Source: Schmidtea polychroa
Lineage: Eukaryota
NCBI GenBank assembly: GCA_044892525.1
Contig: CM097885.1
Coordinates: 149,854,001 to 149,918,000 of the forward strand
Direction: 5' to 3'
Length of the DNA: 64,000 nucleotides
In this document: piece by piece, positions 38,601 through 50,720 of the stretch
How the letters are laid out: the number at the start of each line of letters is the position of its first letter
How positions within the stretch are numbered: position 1 is the first letter of the stretch
Notes under the pieces: model-generated
Databases searched by the model: none
What the model was told of the DNA's origin: nothing
Seen by the model: the letters and a program-made list of their open reading frames with translations, nothing else
Made by a program: the position numbers and the translations under genes

Positions 38601-40822
38601 AATGATTACTAGTTTTCATGTACAATGATTACTAGTTTTCAAATGCCAAAAATGAAAGTCATTAATAATCTGCTCAAATTAATAAAATGCAATTCAAACA
38701 ATAATTCTTTTTGAGTAATTTTTTAAATTTAGATCGAAACTGTTACAACAAAATACAGTTTAAAAAATAATTTTTCGTTTATATAATCTTATAAATTGAC
38801 ATAAATGCAAGAAACTTTGCTATTTTGAATTAATCACGCAAATTTTCATATTATCATTAAATATTATGAATTTTATTTTTGCATTTTGAGAACTTTTTCA
38901 GAGCGCTCGAGTTATAAAATTTCTACAACAATGTTACCTGAAATCAATTGGAAGTATTCACGTATGGGCATTTAAATACTTTATAGTTAACAAATTTCAC
39001 CAATTGAAAAGATTACATTTCGATGAAATATTGAAATAGCTACACTGATCCGTTCACTTTAACGAATGGAACCCTTTGAATAAAGGAAATGATGGTTTGT
39101 CGGTAACAACTTAAATTAACAGTTTCAAAAATTAATAAATATTATAGGTTTAATCTTTTGATTGTTAGTATATTTTCCAAGAACATAGATAGTAATATAT
39201 TAGAAATAATTTAAAGTTTATGATTGAAAAAATAAATTGAAACTAAATACAAAAGTTGTCAATGAGTAATTCACGCTATGATCAGACAATCTTTTAAAAG
39301 CCATTCAAAAGATTAACGAAAATATATTTAAAATTTTACTGCATTCTTTAAAAACTATTTTATTCACTTTCCAATATTTTAATTGAGGTTTCGTTCAACT
39401 TTTCGCAGCGTAGGATTTATTTTGGAAATATTAACTTACTGAAACACATATAGCTCCGGAACTTTTAGATTATTTTTTGGTAATGATTCAAAATGACACT
39501 AATTGTTTTTTACGAACGGGAAGTGAGTGTATTAAGAATAAAACCAAAAATTCTATTAATTAATAATAAACATCTACTGCCATTCACTACTGTGAGTATT
39601 AGAAGGTCATTAGATTATATGTAGTTATTTAGATACAAACCAAACATTTTTAATGTTTCTTATATTTCCTGGGCAAATAAGGAATTTAATTTCTAGAAAG
39701 GAATAATTAGTCAGAAATAACTATATTGAAGAAGCTTGGTTTGATTATGGATTGAAAAATTAATGTAATATGAATTGAAAGTTTTTATATTTATGATTCG
39801 GTTAAACCAAAATTAGTTAATACTGATTTGAGAAGAGAAACTGATATTAAATCTGAATAATTGCCGACACTGAAATAGAATAAACTTGGTGGTAATGTTC
39901 CAGTTGATATTGAGAATTCTAATTGAATTGCCATTTAAAGTTTGCAAATCTGTGAATTCTTAAAACTAGAATAGTTCATATTAAATTAATATATTGAATC
40001 TGAATGGAAATGAAGATAATGTAACTTAGCAATTAAACCAGGTCAATGTTGAAAAGAATTGAATGATAATTAAAAAGTATTAAATTTATATTTAAAATTA
40101 AAAATTGCGTTAAATACAAATACTTCAAATCAATCAAATTACTTGTTGTGATCAGGACCAATCGGTGTAAACTTATAATCCGATTGGATTTTATTCAATT
40201 GCATATATTGGTGCAAACGAGCTTTGGCATTATCTAAAGACCAATTTCCATGTATATCAGCAGTAAAATCTACACCTTCGGCCTAAATTTGGATAAACAG
40301 GTTGAGGAAATATTTATTTTACCTCTTCTAGTTTTTTCTGATCAAAAATATTGGTAATATAATTTCTATGTTCAGCTTCATTTGTTCCTTCACCAATTGT
40401 ATTTACTATTGGTCTTGGTAATGTAGCAAAATTTTCGGCTAAATTTTCAGCTTCGCCGACTAATTCTGTACTCTTTGATACATAATTAAAACATTAAAAT
40501 AATATCTGAAGTACTTTAAATTCCGGTACAGCTTGTTTGTTAATAACATTTTCTCGGACTAAAAAATTTACAAAATCTCGAGCAGCGTTTGTTTGAGCAT
40601 CTTTTTTACTCGTGCTACTTCCGAATCCAATATAACTATACCCATCAACAGTAACCTAGTTAGCTTATTATATTATTGAGAAAAATGACTTTATCTAACC
40701 TCACAATTGAATCGTAATCTTTGATTACCTCTTCCTCCCTGACTTATTATATTATAATTTGGAACTGATTTATGAGATTGAGAACACCATGTATGAAGAA
40801 ACTGTTTAATATTATCCGACAT
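28590..40822 (-). CDS. DHX9: DExH-box RNA helicase DHX9 / RNA helicase A (maleless orthologue), 13 exons, 1379 aa
   Basis: Exons 40822-40700, 40655-40515, 40472-40323, 40282-40143, 38290-38107, 35105-34857, 34809-34609, 34561-34265, 32568-32412, 32366-32120, 31692-30738, 30687-30427, 29624-28590. All introns are GT-AG and phases are consistent (4140 nt). Two dsRBDs, [25 protein letters not shown]2 and OB-fold. Confidence 0.96.
30427..30687 (-). CDS. DHX9: DHX9 exon 12 (OB-fold)
   Basis: [20 protein letters not shown]...HKSSVNC...FFIFGEK. Confidence 0.95.
30738..31692 (-). CDS. DHX9: DHX9 exon 11 (RecA2, HA2)
   Basis: [41 protein letters not shown]. Confidence 0.96.
32120..32366 (-). CDS. 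DHX9: DHX9 exon 10
   Basis: FLEDCIE...FELIESLL. Confidence 0.93.
32412..32568 (-). CDS. DHX9: DHX9 exon 9 (motif III)
   Basis: TDFLMILL...ILMSATID...EGRTFPV. Confidence 0.95.
33390..33670 (+). pseudogene. pogo/Tigger-like transposase C-terminal relic in a DHX9 intron
   Basis: [24 protein letters not shown] resembles the pogo DDE_1 C-terminal G..K.P.....W+..AW motif. Confidence 0.55.
34265..34561 (-). CDS. DHX9: DHX9 exon 8 (DEIH box)
   Basis: TQPRRISA...VDEIHERD. Confidence 0.96.
34609..34809 (-). CDS. DHX9: DHX9 exon 7 (Walker A)
   Basis: ERQNLP...[12 protein letters not shown]. Confidence 0.95.
34857..35105 (-). CDS. DHX9: DHX9 exon 6
   Basis: ...[22 protein letters not shown]. Confidence 0.93.
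35840..36420 (+). pseudogene. pogo/Tigger-like transposase relic in a DHX9 intron
   Basis: Broken frames give [24 protein letters not shown] and T..WNPKVPNY...VVDW. Many lesions. Confidence 0.5.
36781..37124. mobile_element. hAT (Charlie/Buster-type) MITE, 344 bp
   Basis: TIR CAG(T/A)GCTTTCCAACC. Perfect TSD ATTTAAAT. Confidence 0.93.
38107..38290 (-). CDS. DHX9: DHX9 exon 5 (dsRBD2)
   Basis: SFVCEM...[26 protein letters not shown]. Confidence 0.95.
38349..38529. repeat. Fold-back inverted repeat in DHX9 intron 4
   Basis: Arms 38349-38386 and 38490-38529 (AATGCATCATTTTATTT core) pair with few mismatches. There is also an inner TGATTCAT/ATGAATCA pair. Confidence 0.75.
40143..40282 (-). CDS. 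DHX9: DHX9 exon 4 (dsRBD2 start)
   Basis: [13 protein letters not shown]...GPDHN. Confidence 0.95.
40323..40472 (-). CDS. DHX9: DHX9 exon 3 (linker)
   Basis: 50-codon open exon between 42-nt and 40-nt GT-AG introns. Confidence 0.85.
40515..40655 (-). CDS. DHX9: DHX9 exon 2 (dsRBD1)
   Basis: VTVDGY...[17 protein letters not shown]. Confidence 0.94.
40700..40822 (-). CDS. DHX9: DHX9 exon 1 (start; dsRBD1)
   Basis: [13 protein letters not shown]...RFNCE, followed by a GT donor. Confidence 0.92.
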
Positions 40823-41242
40823 TTTTATAACGAAAACAATATTTAATTGTAAATAGTATCTAACTTATATGTTTAAAACAACATTTACTTCATTAATATG
40901 GCAACATTTTGTTTCATTATTTCTTTTTGAAATGTAAATATAAATATTGGATTTCTTATGTCAAATAAATTCTATATTTCAATTAATTCAGTGTGTTTTA
41001 ATAAAAATAAATAATGATTTACATATTTTTGTTGTTAACTAAGTTTAATTTAACTACAATTTTACTTTTATACAATTATGTGATTATATTATGTTTTTAA
41101 TTTTCCTAGTTCTCAGTTTTTCTACACAAAACCACATAAATTTTTGTACGTTTAACCATAAATTAAGATTTAATTGTTGGGTTCGAGTAGGTTAAAAATT
41201 TCTATGACTACCGTGAAAATGCATAATTTTATCCCACTATAC

Positions 41243-42032
41243 CAGTGTTTCTCAAATTAAAGAAAAATTAAATCTTTGGCAAAGACGAATTCTTAATAAA
41301 GAAGTAGATTCCTTTTCGTGATTTTATAATTAATTCTGGTAATACAATTGATGATGATATTCTGAGCTGTATAGCTTAGTATTTGGAGAATTTGCAAGTT
41401 GGTCTCGAAAAATGTTTCCCTGATTTAAAAAAATATATAGAATGGATAAGATATCCATTTGATATTAATATAACATTGATGCCAGAAGGATTATCATATG
41501 CAAAAGAAGAAAGATTATTAGAAATATTCTCAGATGATTTCTTGAAAAATAAGCATATGACATGCTTTTTGCCATTATTCTGGTTACACCTACAATCAAT
41601 ATATCTTCCTTTATCAGAAAAGGCCCTGAAATGCATCTTTCCTTTTCCAACATCATATTTATGTGAAGTTGCTTTTTCTACATTTGTAGTTATTAAATCG
41701 AAAAGAAGAAATAGGGTTTTAAATGTTGAATCTCATCTAAGATTAAAATTAACGAATAGAGAACCAAATTATTATGAATTATTATCTCAACATAAGCAAT
41801 TTCATCCTTCTCATTAATTACAATAAATTAAGTATAGTATTTTTTATTTTACAATATTTCAGTTATAAAAGTAAATAATTTTTCATTAATGCTATTAATT
41901 TAAAGGTCGTATATTTTCAAAAAGATATTATAAAAAAATTTAATCATTATATAAAATTTTAAAGCAAAGGGATATATTATATAATGAAAATGATCAATGT
42001 GGTACGCAGTACCAAAAGTATGGGAAACACTG
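41243..42032 (+). mobile_element. hAT Buster/Charlie deletion derivative (790 bp) retaining the transposase C-terminus
   Basis: TIRs CAGTGTTTCTCA / CAGTGTTTCCCA. TSD CACTATAC / CACTAGAC (central TA). ORF 41383-41817 contains FPTSYLCEVAFS...KSKRRNR...HPSH*, typical of ZBED5/ZBED8/Buster transposases. Confidence 0.92.
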
Positions 42033-42371
42033 CACTAGACGATCAGTGGCGTACCTAGGATAAATGGCGCCTATGACAAACACCCATCTTGCGCCCCTCT
42101 TCGACGATAAGTTTTATTTTCTAAAAAACTACTTTAGAATTGGGAAAAAAAAGCACACAAGTTAAATCTATTAACACTTTATCACAAATTTATCTTTCTT
42201 GCTTTACCAAATATTACCAAAGTCAATTTTTTTGGTCATTTCTCGTTCTATGCTAAGTAAAGCATGATCACATAATCGACTTTGGCCAATCAAGGCTCTC
42301 AAATATGAAAGTATCAATTTTAATTTGCTAAATGATCTTTTGCAACGGGCAATAGAAATCGCGATTGTCAG

Positions 42372-43239
42372 TGTAATGTACTGTTATTTTTGTATGTATT
42401 TTAGTGTTCACAATTAGGAATTGTGAATACTAAAATATAAACGGTCACCATCTGGGAAATCCAGATTTTCAAAAAAAACTATATAGCGATAATTTAGAAA
42501 ATTGAAAATAAAAAAAACAAAAATCAATAAAAGTTAAAAAATTAAATTACCATAGAAAGAAAGAAGCTACTAGAAACAAAACTAGAAAATTAAAAGTCAA
42601 TTAAAAAATTTATTATACCAAAGAAAGAAAGAAGATATAATAAAATATTTATTGAAAATAGCAAAGATATTACATTATCAAAGTATTCCCAAATAAACCA
42701 GAGTATCCACCAGCAATAAAAATTAAACGAGGTTTTGAACATTTACATTGGCAAAGAACGAATAAACTAGAAAATCGGAATTATTTACATCGAGTTTTCC
42801 TCGGGATTATCAAAATTATTATCTCAATAAAACATTATAACTGAACCGGAAAGTTTCATCTTATCCTATTGTTATTACCAAATTGTCCTCATTTTTTTCG
42901 GTGAATTTATCGAGTCCTATAATTATCCGAAACAAATACTTAATTCCATTATAACACCTTCAAAAACTATTTCAGAGCCTAATTAACCTACCCCCGGACT
43001 CAAGGTTTTTCTATTTTGTTTAGATAAAAGTTTGAGTATAATATATTATTGTTTATTATTATTTTATTTTATTTGTTGTTACTCAGCACTCACCCTGATT
43101 GTCCCAACACATTTTGTTATCGGTGACTCTTTCGGGCTCATCAAATTTCTCATCAACTAACAACTCATCAGATAACAACCTCCAAACATAACAACTCTAT
43201 ACCACACGCAAACAAAATAGTCAAAACAATAATATAACA
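42372..43239 (+). repeat. 5' LTR (868 bp)
   Basis: TGTAATGTAC...AATATAACA, near-identical to 47493-48363. Confidence 0.96.
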
Positions 43240-43241
43240 AT

Positions 43242-43253
43242 TGGTGTCAGAAG
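43242..43253 (+). promoter_or_regulatory. Primer-binding site, tRNA-Leu type
   Basis: TGGTGTCAGAAG, 2 nt after the 5' LTR, complementary to the 3' end of animal tRNA-Leu. Confidence 0.85.
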
Positions 43254-43436
43254 CAAAGCAAACACAACACGACACTCGCATTCGACGTTTTCTTTCAATC
43301 ACTACGCCTTTCAGCATACTTATTATAGAAGTATAAAGGATAGTGACTCTTTTGGCTGAACACAGTAAGCCATATCCTTGAACAATCTCATTTTTTTAAC
43401 ACAACAAGCAATAAAAAAACATCAACAAACCAATTA

Positions 43437-44611
43437 ATGGCATCAAATCAAACAAATCCAACAAACATTTCACAAACATCCAATAATAATGAAAACACAC
43501 ACATGATGGAAAATACGAATTACTACTATAACCCAAACACTAGCACAGATAATACACACACCATAAACTCAGTAATTAACCCAAGAACAAACATCCCAAA
43601 CTACTTTAGTGACGAAAATGGGACACCCCAAAATGGCTCGAATTTGCTAAATTAACCCTAACCCTATCGGGAATAAAATCAACGAAAACGCTATGTTCAA
43701 ACATCATCGCTGCACTCCCAAGTAGCAAACTGAACGAAATAGCTGACCAAAATGAGGAAATTTCAAAGAGCGAAGATCCGTTCAACAAGCTTTGCAACGT
43801 CCTAACAAACAAAAACAAAATCAACAGGAGGCAAATGCTGGAATCATGTCTCAACAACACACAACTTGGCGACAATAAACCAACAGATTTCCTTCGCCAA
43901 CTAAAACAAAAATTGGAGTACCTCCAACCAAACATCACTAATTCGGGATCAAACGAATTAGTATAAGAATTTTTTATGCGAGCAATGCCGCCCGAAATTA
44001 GACGTATCCTCGCAGCCAGTAGCAATTCGGACGTAGAAACGCTAGCAGACATAGCAGATAAAATCAATGAAGAAATTTATCCTACTATATGCAGCACACA
44101 AAACTACAACAGAAATAAAACTAATCACAACAACCAACCAATCAACAAAAACACCGAACCAAATGAAACAACAAACCGATTAATAAACACTTTGATCAGC
44201 AAATTCGACGAAATAATTGTCGAAAACAGACAAATAAAAGCGGAACTAGCCGAAATAAAAGAGAAATACAACAGGCAAAATTTCAATCGAAACGAAAACA
44301 GAGACCTATTCAACAGAAACAATTTCAACACAGACCAACTATCATATAATCTCAACAGACAAAACTATGACCGACCACCCAACGGAAACAACAGACAGAA
44401 CTCCAGCCACAGACAATCCCCAAACGGACACTACAGAAACCGGTCAAACTCACCAAACCGATACAACAATTACCGAAACAGCAGCCCAGAAAGGGATTCA
44501 AGAAAAGATTTCCTAAACAAAAACCACTGCTACTTTCATAACAAATTCGGCGACAAAGCATATAAATGCATAAAACCCTGCGAATTCCACAAAACAGAGC
44601 AGGAAAACTAA
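43437..44611 (+). pseudogene. gag with CHCC motif (frameshift ~43620, stop 43964-43966)
   Basis: LGDNKPTDFLRQL, RAMPPEIRRIL, LADIADKI and CYFHNKFGDKAYKCIKPC. Confidence 0.88.
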
Positions 44612-47320
44612 AAATGTCACCATTGATAGCACCCACATTTGGTGACAATAAATATACTTTCACGGTGAATTCAAACAATACAGATTTTCTAATCGACACA
44701 GGTTCCGTGATCTCCCTATTACCACACTACTTATACAAAAATACAAAAACTACAGAAAAGTCACTAACCGCTGCTAATGGCTCCAAAATTAAAACATTTG
44801 GCCAACATACAATAACACTCACAATAAATTCAAAAAAATACAATTGGCCATTCACAATCGCAGAAGTACAACAGTCAATAATCGGAACCGACTTCCTAGC
44901 AAATTACAACCTAATAGTGGACTGCCGAAACAAGAAAATAGTCGAAAACAACAAAACCGACAAAGAAACAGCCAGGAACACAACATCAAACTTTTCGAAA
45001 GTAGACATCGGCGTGATTCAAACAAGTACACCAACTATCAAAACAATCAAAACTATTGAACACGCACCAAAAAATGCCACACTACTGGAAAAATACGATA
45101 AACTCTGCGAACCAGTAACTTTCGATGGAAATTCAAACCACACTACTGAACACGCAATACTGACAAACGGAAACCCAGTCCACTCAAAAGTAAGACCATT
45201 GGATCCCAAAAAAATAGAAATCACAAAAAATATATTTAACGATCTGTTGGAAAATAATATAGTAAAACATTCAAACTCAGAATGGTCTTCAGCACTGATG
45301 CTAAAACAAAAAGCTAACGAGGAATGGAGAGCTTGCGGCGATTACAGACTCCTGAACAAAATAACAGAGCCAGACAGCTACCCATTACCTATAATAAAAG
45401 ACATAATAAATCGAATAAACGGCGCAAAATATTTTTCAAAAATTGACCTACAAAAAGCATATCATCAGATCCCAATTAGAAAAGAGGACATAAAAAAGAC
45501 AGCAATAACAACACCGATCGGCATGTTCGAATACAACCGAATGCCTTTCGATCTACGAAATGCCGCAGCAACTTTCCAACGATTCATGGACCAAACAATA
45601 AAAAACAACAAAAACACAATTGCTTACCTAGACGACATTCTAATTACAAGCCCAGATAAGGCAACTCATCTAAAAGATGTAGAAAAAGTATTCGAAACAC
45701 TAAACAATGCAAAACTAAAAATAAACACTCAAAAGTGCGAATTTATGAAAACGGAAATAAATTTCCTAGGTCACACACTAAACGACAAAGGAACACAACC
45801 AATAGAAAACAAAATAAACAATATAAAAAATTACAAATTACCAACAAACACAAGAGAATTGAGAAGATTTTTGGGAATGGTAAACTACTCGGTTACCCAG
45901 ATCCAGAACTAGAGTATCAACTAACTACAGACTGTTCTGGTTTTGCAATGGGCGCAACAATTTTCCAGGAAAATAAATTTGGCAAACAACCACTGGGATT
46001 TTTCTCGAAAAAACTAAAATCACATCAAACAAGATACTCAACATTCGACAGAGAACTCCTAGGAATACACGAAGCAATCAAACACTTTCAACATTTACTC
46101 GAAGGACGAACCTTCAAGATATTCACAGATCACAAACCGCTAACAAACGCAATAGAAATGAAAAACCCTTCACCAAGGCAGATTAGACAAATCAATTTCA
46201 TTTCACAATTCAACTGCACAATAAACTACGTAGCAGGAAAATCAAACATAGCAACAGATGCTCTATCTAGAATTGAAAGTGACATAAACTCCCTAGAATT
46301 CGGAGAAATAATCGAATTAGATCAAATCAAAACCAGACAAACCGATACATTAAGCAAACTGCCTACTAAACACAGCCTGAAACTACAGGAACTCGACGGA
46401 ATATGGCACGATGTCTCCAACGAAAGCAACAAACGAATCCTACTACCCCAAGAATTCCGACAAGACTGCATAAAAAAATACATAAAAAAACAATCATAAC
46501 CGATCAAGGCAGGCAATTCGAATCGGAAATGTTCAAAATACTGTGCAATAAATACAATATCAAAAGAAATCGAACAACACCTTACAACCCACAATCAAAC
46601 GGAAAAATTGAACGGTTTCACAGAACATTAAAAGAAAGCATCAGAACAAAAGCTAATGACCAAAACTGGTTAAATCAACTGCCAACAATATTAATCGAAC
46701 TGAGAAATAGCCCAAACTCAACAGATAATGAAAGTCCAGCATACAAAATTTTCGGAAAAGCAACAAACTTGACATCACTTAAATCAGATACAAACAAAAA
46801 CACTGAAAACAGCAAACAAATAACAAACAAAAATAGTGAAACCACCGAACAGAAACCAAAAGGAATCTTAAAAAGAAGACCAGACTCCGAATTAGACGGA
46901 AAAATAGTATTAACAACAGATTTCATCTTAATAAAAAAACCATTCACAAAAGGATTCGAATCCAAATACGAAGGTCCATTCAAACTCCTAGAAATCAACA
47001 AGAACGTCGCCACAATAATTAAAAATAACAACAAAATGAAAATAAACATCAGGCGGATAAAACCATACCACAAGAATATAGACCCCAAAACGACTCACCG
47101 AAAGACAAAACACAAACCCAAACACAAACAAAAAAACAACCAATTCACAAAAAAATTACATTCAACCACAAAAATTCAATCAAAATATTCGACAAAGACA
47201 CAATACTGGCTCCACTATACAAAAAACGTTACAGCGAATGCTTTAAATAAAAACACAAACATACACAAACAAACACACGCACAAACAGCGTTAATTGTAC
47301 AGTTTTTATTTTCCTTGTAA
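44566..47320 (+). pseudogene. pol (protease, RT, RNase H, partial integrase) with two internal deletions
   Basis: LIDTGS, YLDD, TDCSG, TDHKPL, TDQGRQFES, SNGKIER and YEGPF are present. The RT-RH connection is deleted at ~45890, and the integrase HHCC plus first Asp are deleted at ~46480. Confidence 0.92.
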
Positions 47321-47492
47321 ATACAAAACAAAATGTAAATTTTTAATTTTATTGAGGTTGTAGATACAAAGAAACAGAAACAAAATACATAAAAACATAT
47401 AAAACATACGGAAAAAAAAGGTTATTGAATGTAATTTTTTATGTTACTGTTTATTGATTCATGTTAACCTCCTGTTTTAAAGGAGGAAGTTA

Positions 47493-48363
47493 TGTAATGT
47501 ACTGTTATTTTTGTATGTATTTTAGTGTTCACAATTAGGAATTGTGAATACTAAAATATAAACGGTCAACATCTGGGAAATCCAGATTTTCAAAAAAAAA
47601 CTATCGCTAAATTATCGCTATAGAAAATTGAAAAAAAAAGCCAAAAATCAATAAAAGTTAAAAAATTAAATTACCATAGAAAGAAAGAAGCTACTAGAAA
47701 CAAAACTAGAAAATTAAAAGTCAATTAAAAAATTTATTATACCAAAGAAAGAAAGAAGATATAATAAAATATTTATTGAAAATAGCAAAGATATTACATT
47801 ATCAAAGTATTCCCAAATAAACCAGAGTATCCACCAGCAATAAAAATTAAACGAGGTTTTGAACATTTACATTGGCAAAGAACGAATAAACTAGAAAATC
47901 GGAATTATTTACATCGAGTTTTCCTCGGGATTATCAAAATTATTATCTCAATAAAACATTATAACTGAACCGGAAAGTTTCATCTTATCCTATTGTTATT
48001 ACCAAATTGTCCTCATTTTTTTCGGTGAATTTATCGAGTCCTATAATTATCCGAAACAAATACTTAATTCCATTATAACACCTTCAAAAACTATTTCAGA
48101 GCCTAATTAACCTACCCCCGGACTCAAGGTTTTTCTATTTTGTTTAGATAAAAGTTTGAGTATAATATATTATTGTTTATTATTATTTTATTTTATTTGT
48201 TGTTACTCAGCACTCACCCTGATTGTCCCAACACATTTTTTTATCGGTGACTCTTTCGGGCTCATCAAATTTCTCATCAACTAACAACTCATCAGATAAC
48301 AACCTCCAAACATAACAACTCTATATCACACGCAAACAAAATAGTCAAAACAATAATATAACA
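47493..48363 (+). repeat. 3' LTR (871 bp)
   Basis: Near-identical to the 5' LTR and preceded by the PPT AAAGGAGGAAG (47479-47489). Confidence 0.96.
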
Positions 48364-50517
48364 GTCAGCAATACTTCCAATGCTATATGCATATTGGGAA
48401 AGAGTTTTCGTCTCCATAATGAACTATAAAATTAAGTAATTGTTCGGGGCTTGATATTTTTTTAGTACGGCTTGTTAGCAGCGTTCTAAAATCCAAAATT
48501 TCTTTATATAATTTTTGCCCATCCACATCACAACTGTAGGCTTCTCCAAATTTTTAACAACGCTCTTTCAGGTAGCTTGTTTCGGCTTTAAAACACAACC
48601 CTTCCATATCAAGAAGAAATCCAAATTTTTCATCAATTTCTTGTAAACGAACGCTTCTACTTTTTAATTCATTGAATAGATGGTCGACAGTCCCTTTCAT
48701 AACTCTTTCCATTTCTTCTCAGCTGATAATCAGCATCTATCGGTGTTTCGCCATCCATTCTTTTCTTTCTTCTGTGTCGTCTTTCAAATTCAATGTCCCA
48801 TTCATTGCAAATTTGAATTCCTTGTTTCAGTGAGTCACTAAATAACACTTCTCTTTCATCATGAAAACAAATTTGGAGAGCTTTTAAATCTAAGCTACTT
48901 CATGAAAGTTCATTTTAGGGTCCTGCAACCTCTTTTGAACACGGTCAATACGAATTAAGATCTGGTTCCAAAACCCTAGCAACGTTAAAAACTCATAGGT
49001 CAATATTTAATTATAGAGTTGCTTTGCGTCGCTTTTAGTTTCACTAGTCGCGCTTTCATCGTCCATTATGTTCTGGAGAACTTCCACTATTTGCTCGAGA
49101 TATTTTTAACAGATTTTACAGATTCGATTTTTGGGCTCCACCTGGTATTGAAGTCAGACTTTAAAGCCACAGGTACAACAGCTTTGAGCTTTTCCCAACG
49201 CTGGGTTGAACAAGAGAAGAAAACATAAAGTGCATCGATGGTTCCGAAAAAAGTTACCATCATTACTTCTTCTTTGGCTGCATGGACGCCTACCAAATTA
49301 AGATAATGATTACCACAATTCACAAATATTGCCATGTTGTTTTTTTCTTGATTCTTTGATGAACACCAGTCTTGTGTTCAGCCATAACAGCAGTATTATC
49401 ATAACACCGACCTACAATCTTGTAAATCCATATTGTCTTTCTCTAACTACTTCAATATTTCTTGAACCAAGCTTGCAGCGTCCTTATCGCTTATAATAAT
49501 TGATATAAAACCGAGAAATGATTCTTTAATCTGAACAGATTGTTTCTCAAAATTTATATCAACATATCTTACTACTTCAGACATTTGTTCACGATGAGCT
49601 TGATCAGGAGTAGAGTCAAACATTAGTCCATAATACTTTGCTTTACGCATTCTTTCTAGCAAACTAACACGAACAGTAGGTGTCATGATGTGAATATACT
49701 CGTTCTGTTTTTCTGGTGAAAGATATGAAGTGAAAGATATGATGGCTCTCCGCAAATCTTATGTTTTCTTTAACGACAGGGTCAAAATTAAGAATTAGTA
49801 TGTGTCGCTGTGTTGTGATAAGTGTGGTAGAGGAAATTGCCGGACCCAGCAGAGTCACCTTTAAAAAATTGTCTTGGAACAGCTGGAGTGTTAGTATGTA
49901 GTACGGGGAAATGAAATGATTAAATAATAATAAAATAATGAACTGATATTTACAATTTTATTAATCAAAAATTAAAGTACGGTCGTAATAAAAAAACCTA
50001 ATTGAGGTTTTGTTGTAAACCATAATAACAATAAAAATATAACAATCTACAACACATGCATTCTAGTCCTCTCCGAAAATGTAACTTTTGATATACTGGG
50101 AATTTTGGACTATAAGTTAACTTTGTGTCCTTTTACTAAATTTATTTATAAAAGTTGATGAAGACCTCGATTTAGTTTCTTATTTTTATGGATTCGAAAG
50201 TTATTATTATTTGCAAACTTGATGTTATTTTACCTAGATTTCAGGCCTTTAATTGATTACTTTTAGTGTAACTGATAATGATGTTCTTGGTCTTCTCCTA
50301 TATTTGATTACTTAGGTACTTATGGAAACTTGCCTATTTCCCTTCGTCCTTTTGTTAGTATCCCTAATGAATTTAATTAATATTTTAACAAATGAAACCG
50401 CTGAAATGGAATTTCCAATAGACGAATGGTTTTGATAGATTTGATAGAAAGCCAGAACAGTAACGACGATACTAGTAGAGTAAATTTACTGTAGATACAA
50501 AACACCAAAACAGATAA

Positions 50518-50720
50518 TAATAAATCAAAGAACTAATTTCACGAGTAAAATAATATACGAAGTGACAGAATACTTCAGAATTGCAAAATTGAGAATCTCA
50601 CCTTATCAACCGCAAAACAATGATCAAACAAAAATGTTTAACGATATATTGAGAGATATGATGTCAAATTATGTGAGCAAATACCAGAAAGATGAATATA
50701 TAAAGTTATATTGGTTCGTT
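50518..50720 (+). pseudogene. Gypsy integrase core relic
   Basis: NQRTNFTSKII...ISPYQPQNNDQTKMFN..LRDMMS..YV is a degenerate DQG.NFTS...YHPQTNG.TERFN motif. Confidence 0.7.

Larger units (their letters stand above)
42372..48363 (+). mobile_element. Ty3/Gypsy LTR retrotransposon, CsRn1/Kabuki/Boudicca-type, two LTRs, internally deleted
   Basis: TG...CA LTRs and perfect 5-bp TSD GTCAG (42367-42371, 48364-48368). PBS, PPT, Gag CX2HX9CX3C motif, and protease-RT-RH-INT order. Confidence 0.96.
42044..49810 (-). mobile_element. Decayed hAT (ZMYM1/DUF4371-type) transposon, 5'-truncated, split by the LTR element
   Basis: 3' TIR CAGTGGCGTA at 42044. Motifs MFDSTPD, CGNHYLNL, TRWS, and FPNMHIALEVLL|TIAISIARCKRSFSKL joined across the LTR insertion site. 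Multiple frameshifts. Confidence 0.9.

Noticed and set aside
41179-41192. GGTTCGAGT, similar to a Pol III B-box or tRNA T-arm
   Set aside because: No A-box or cloverleaf, and it lacks the closing CC.
49811-50054. Possible solo LTR (TGTTGT...ACAACA) truncating the hAT
   Set aside because: No TSD and no second copy in the window.
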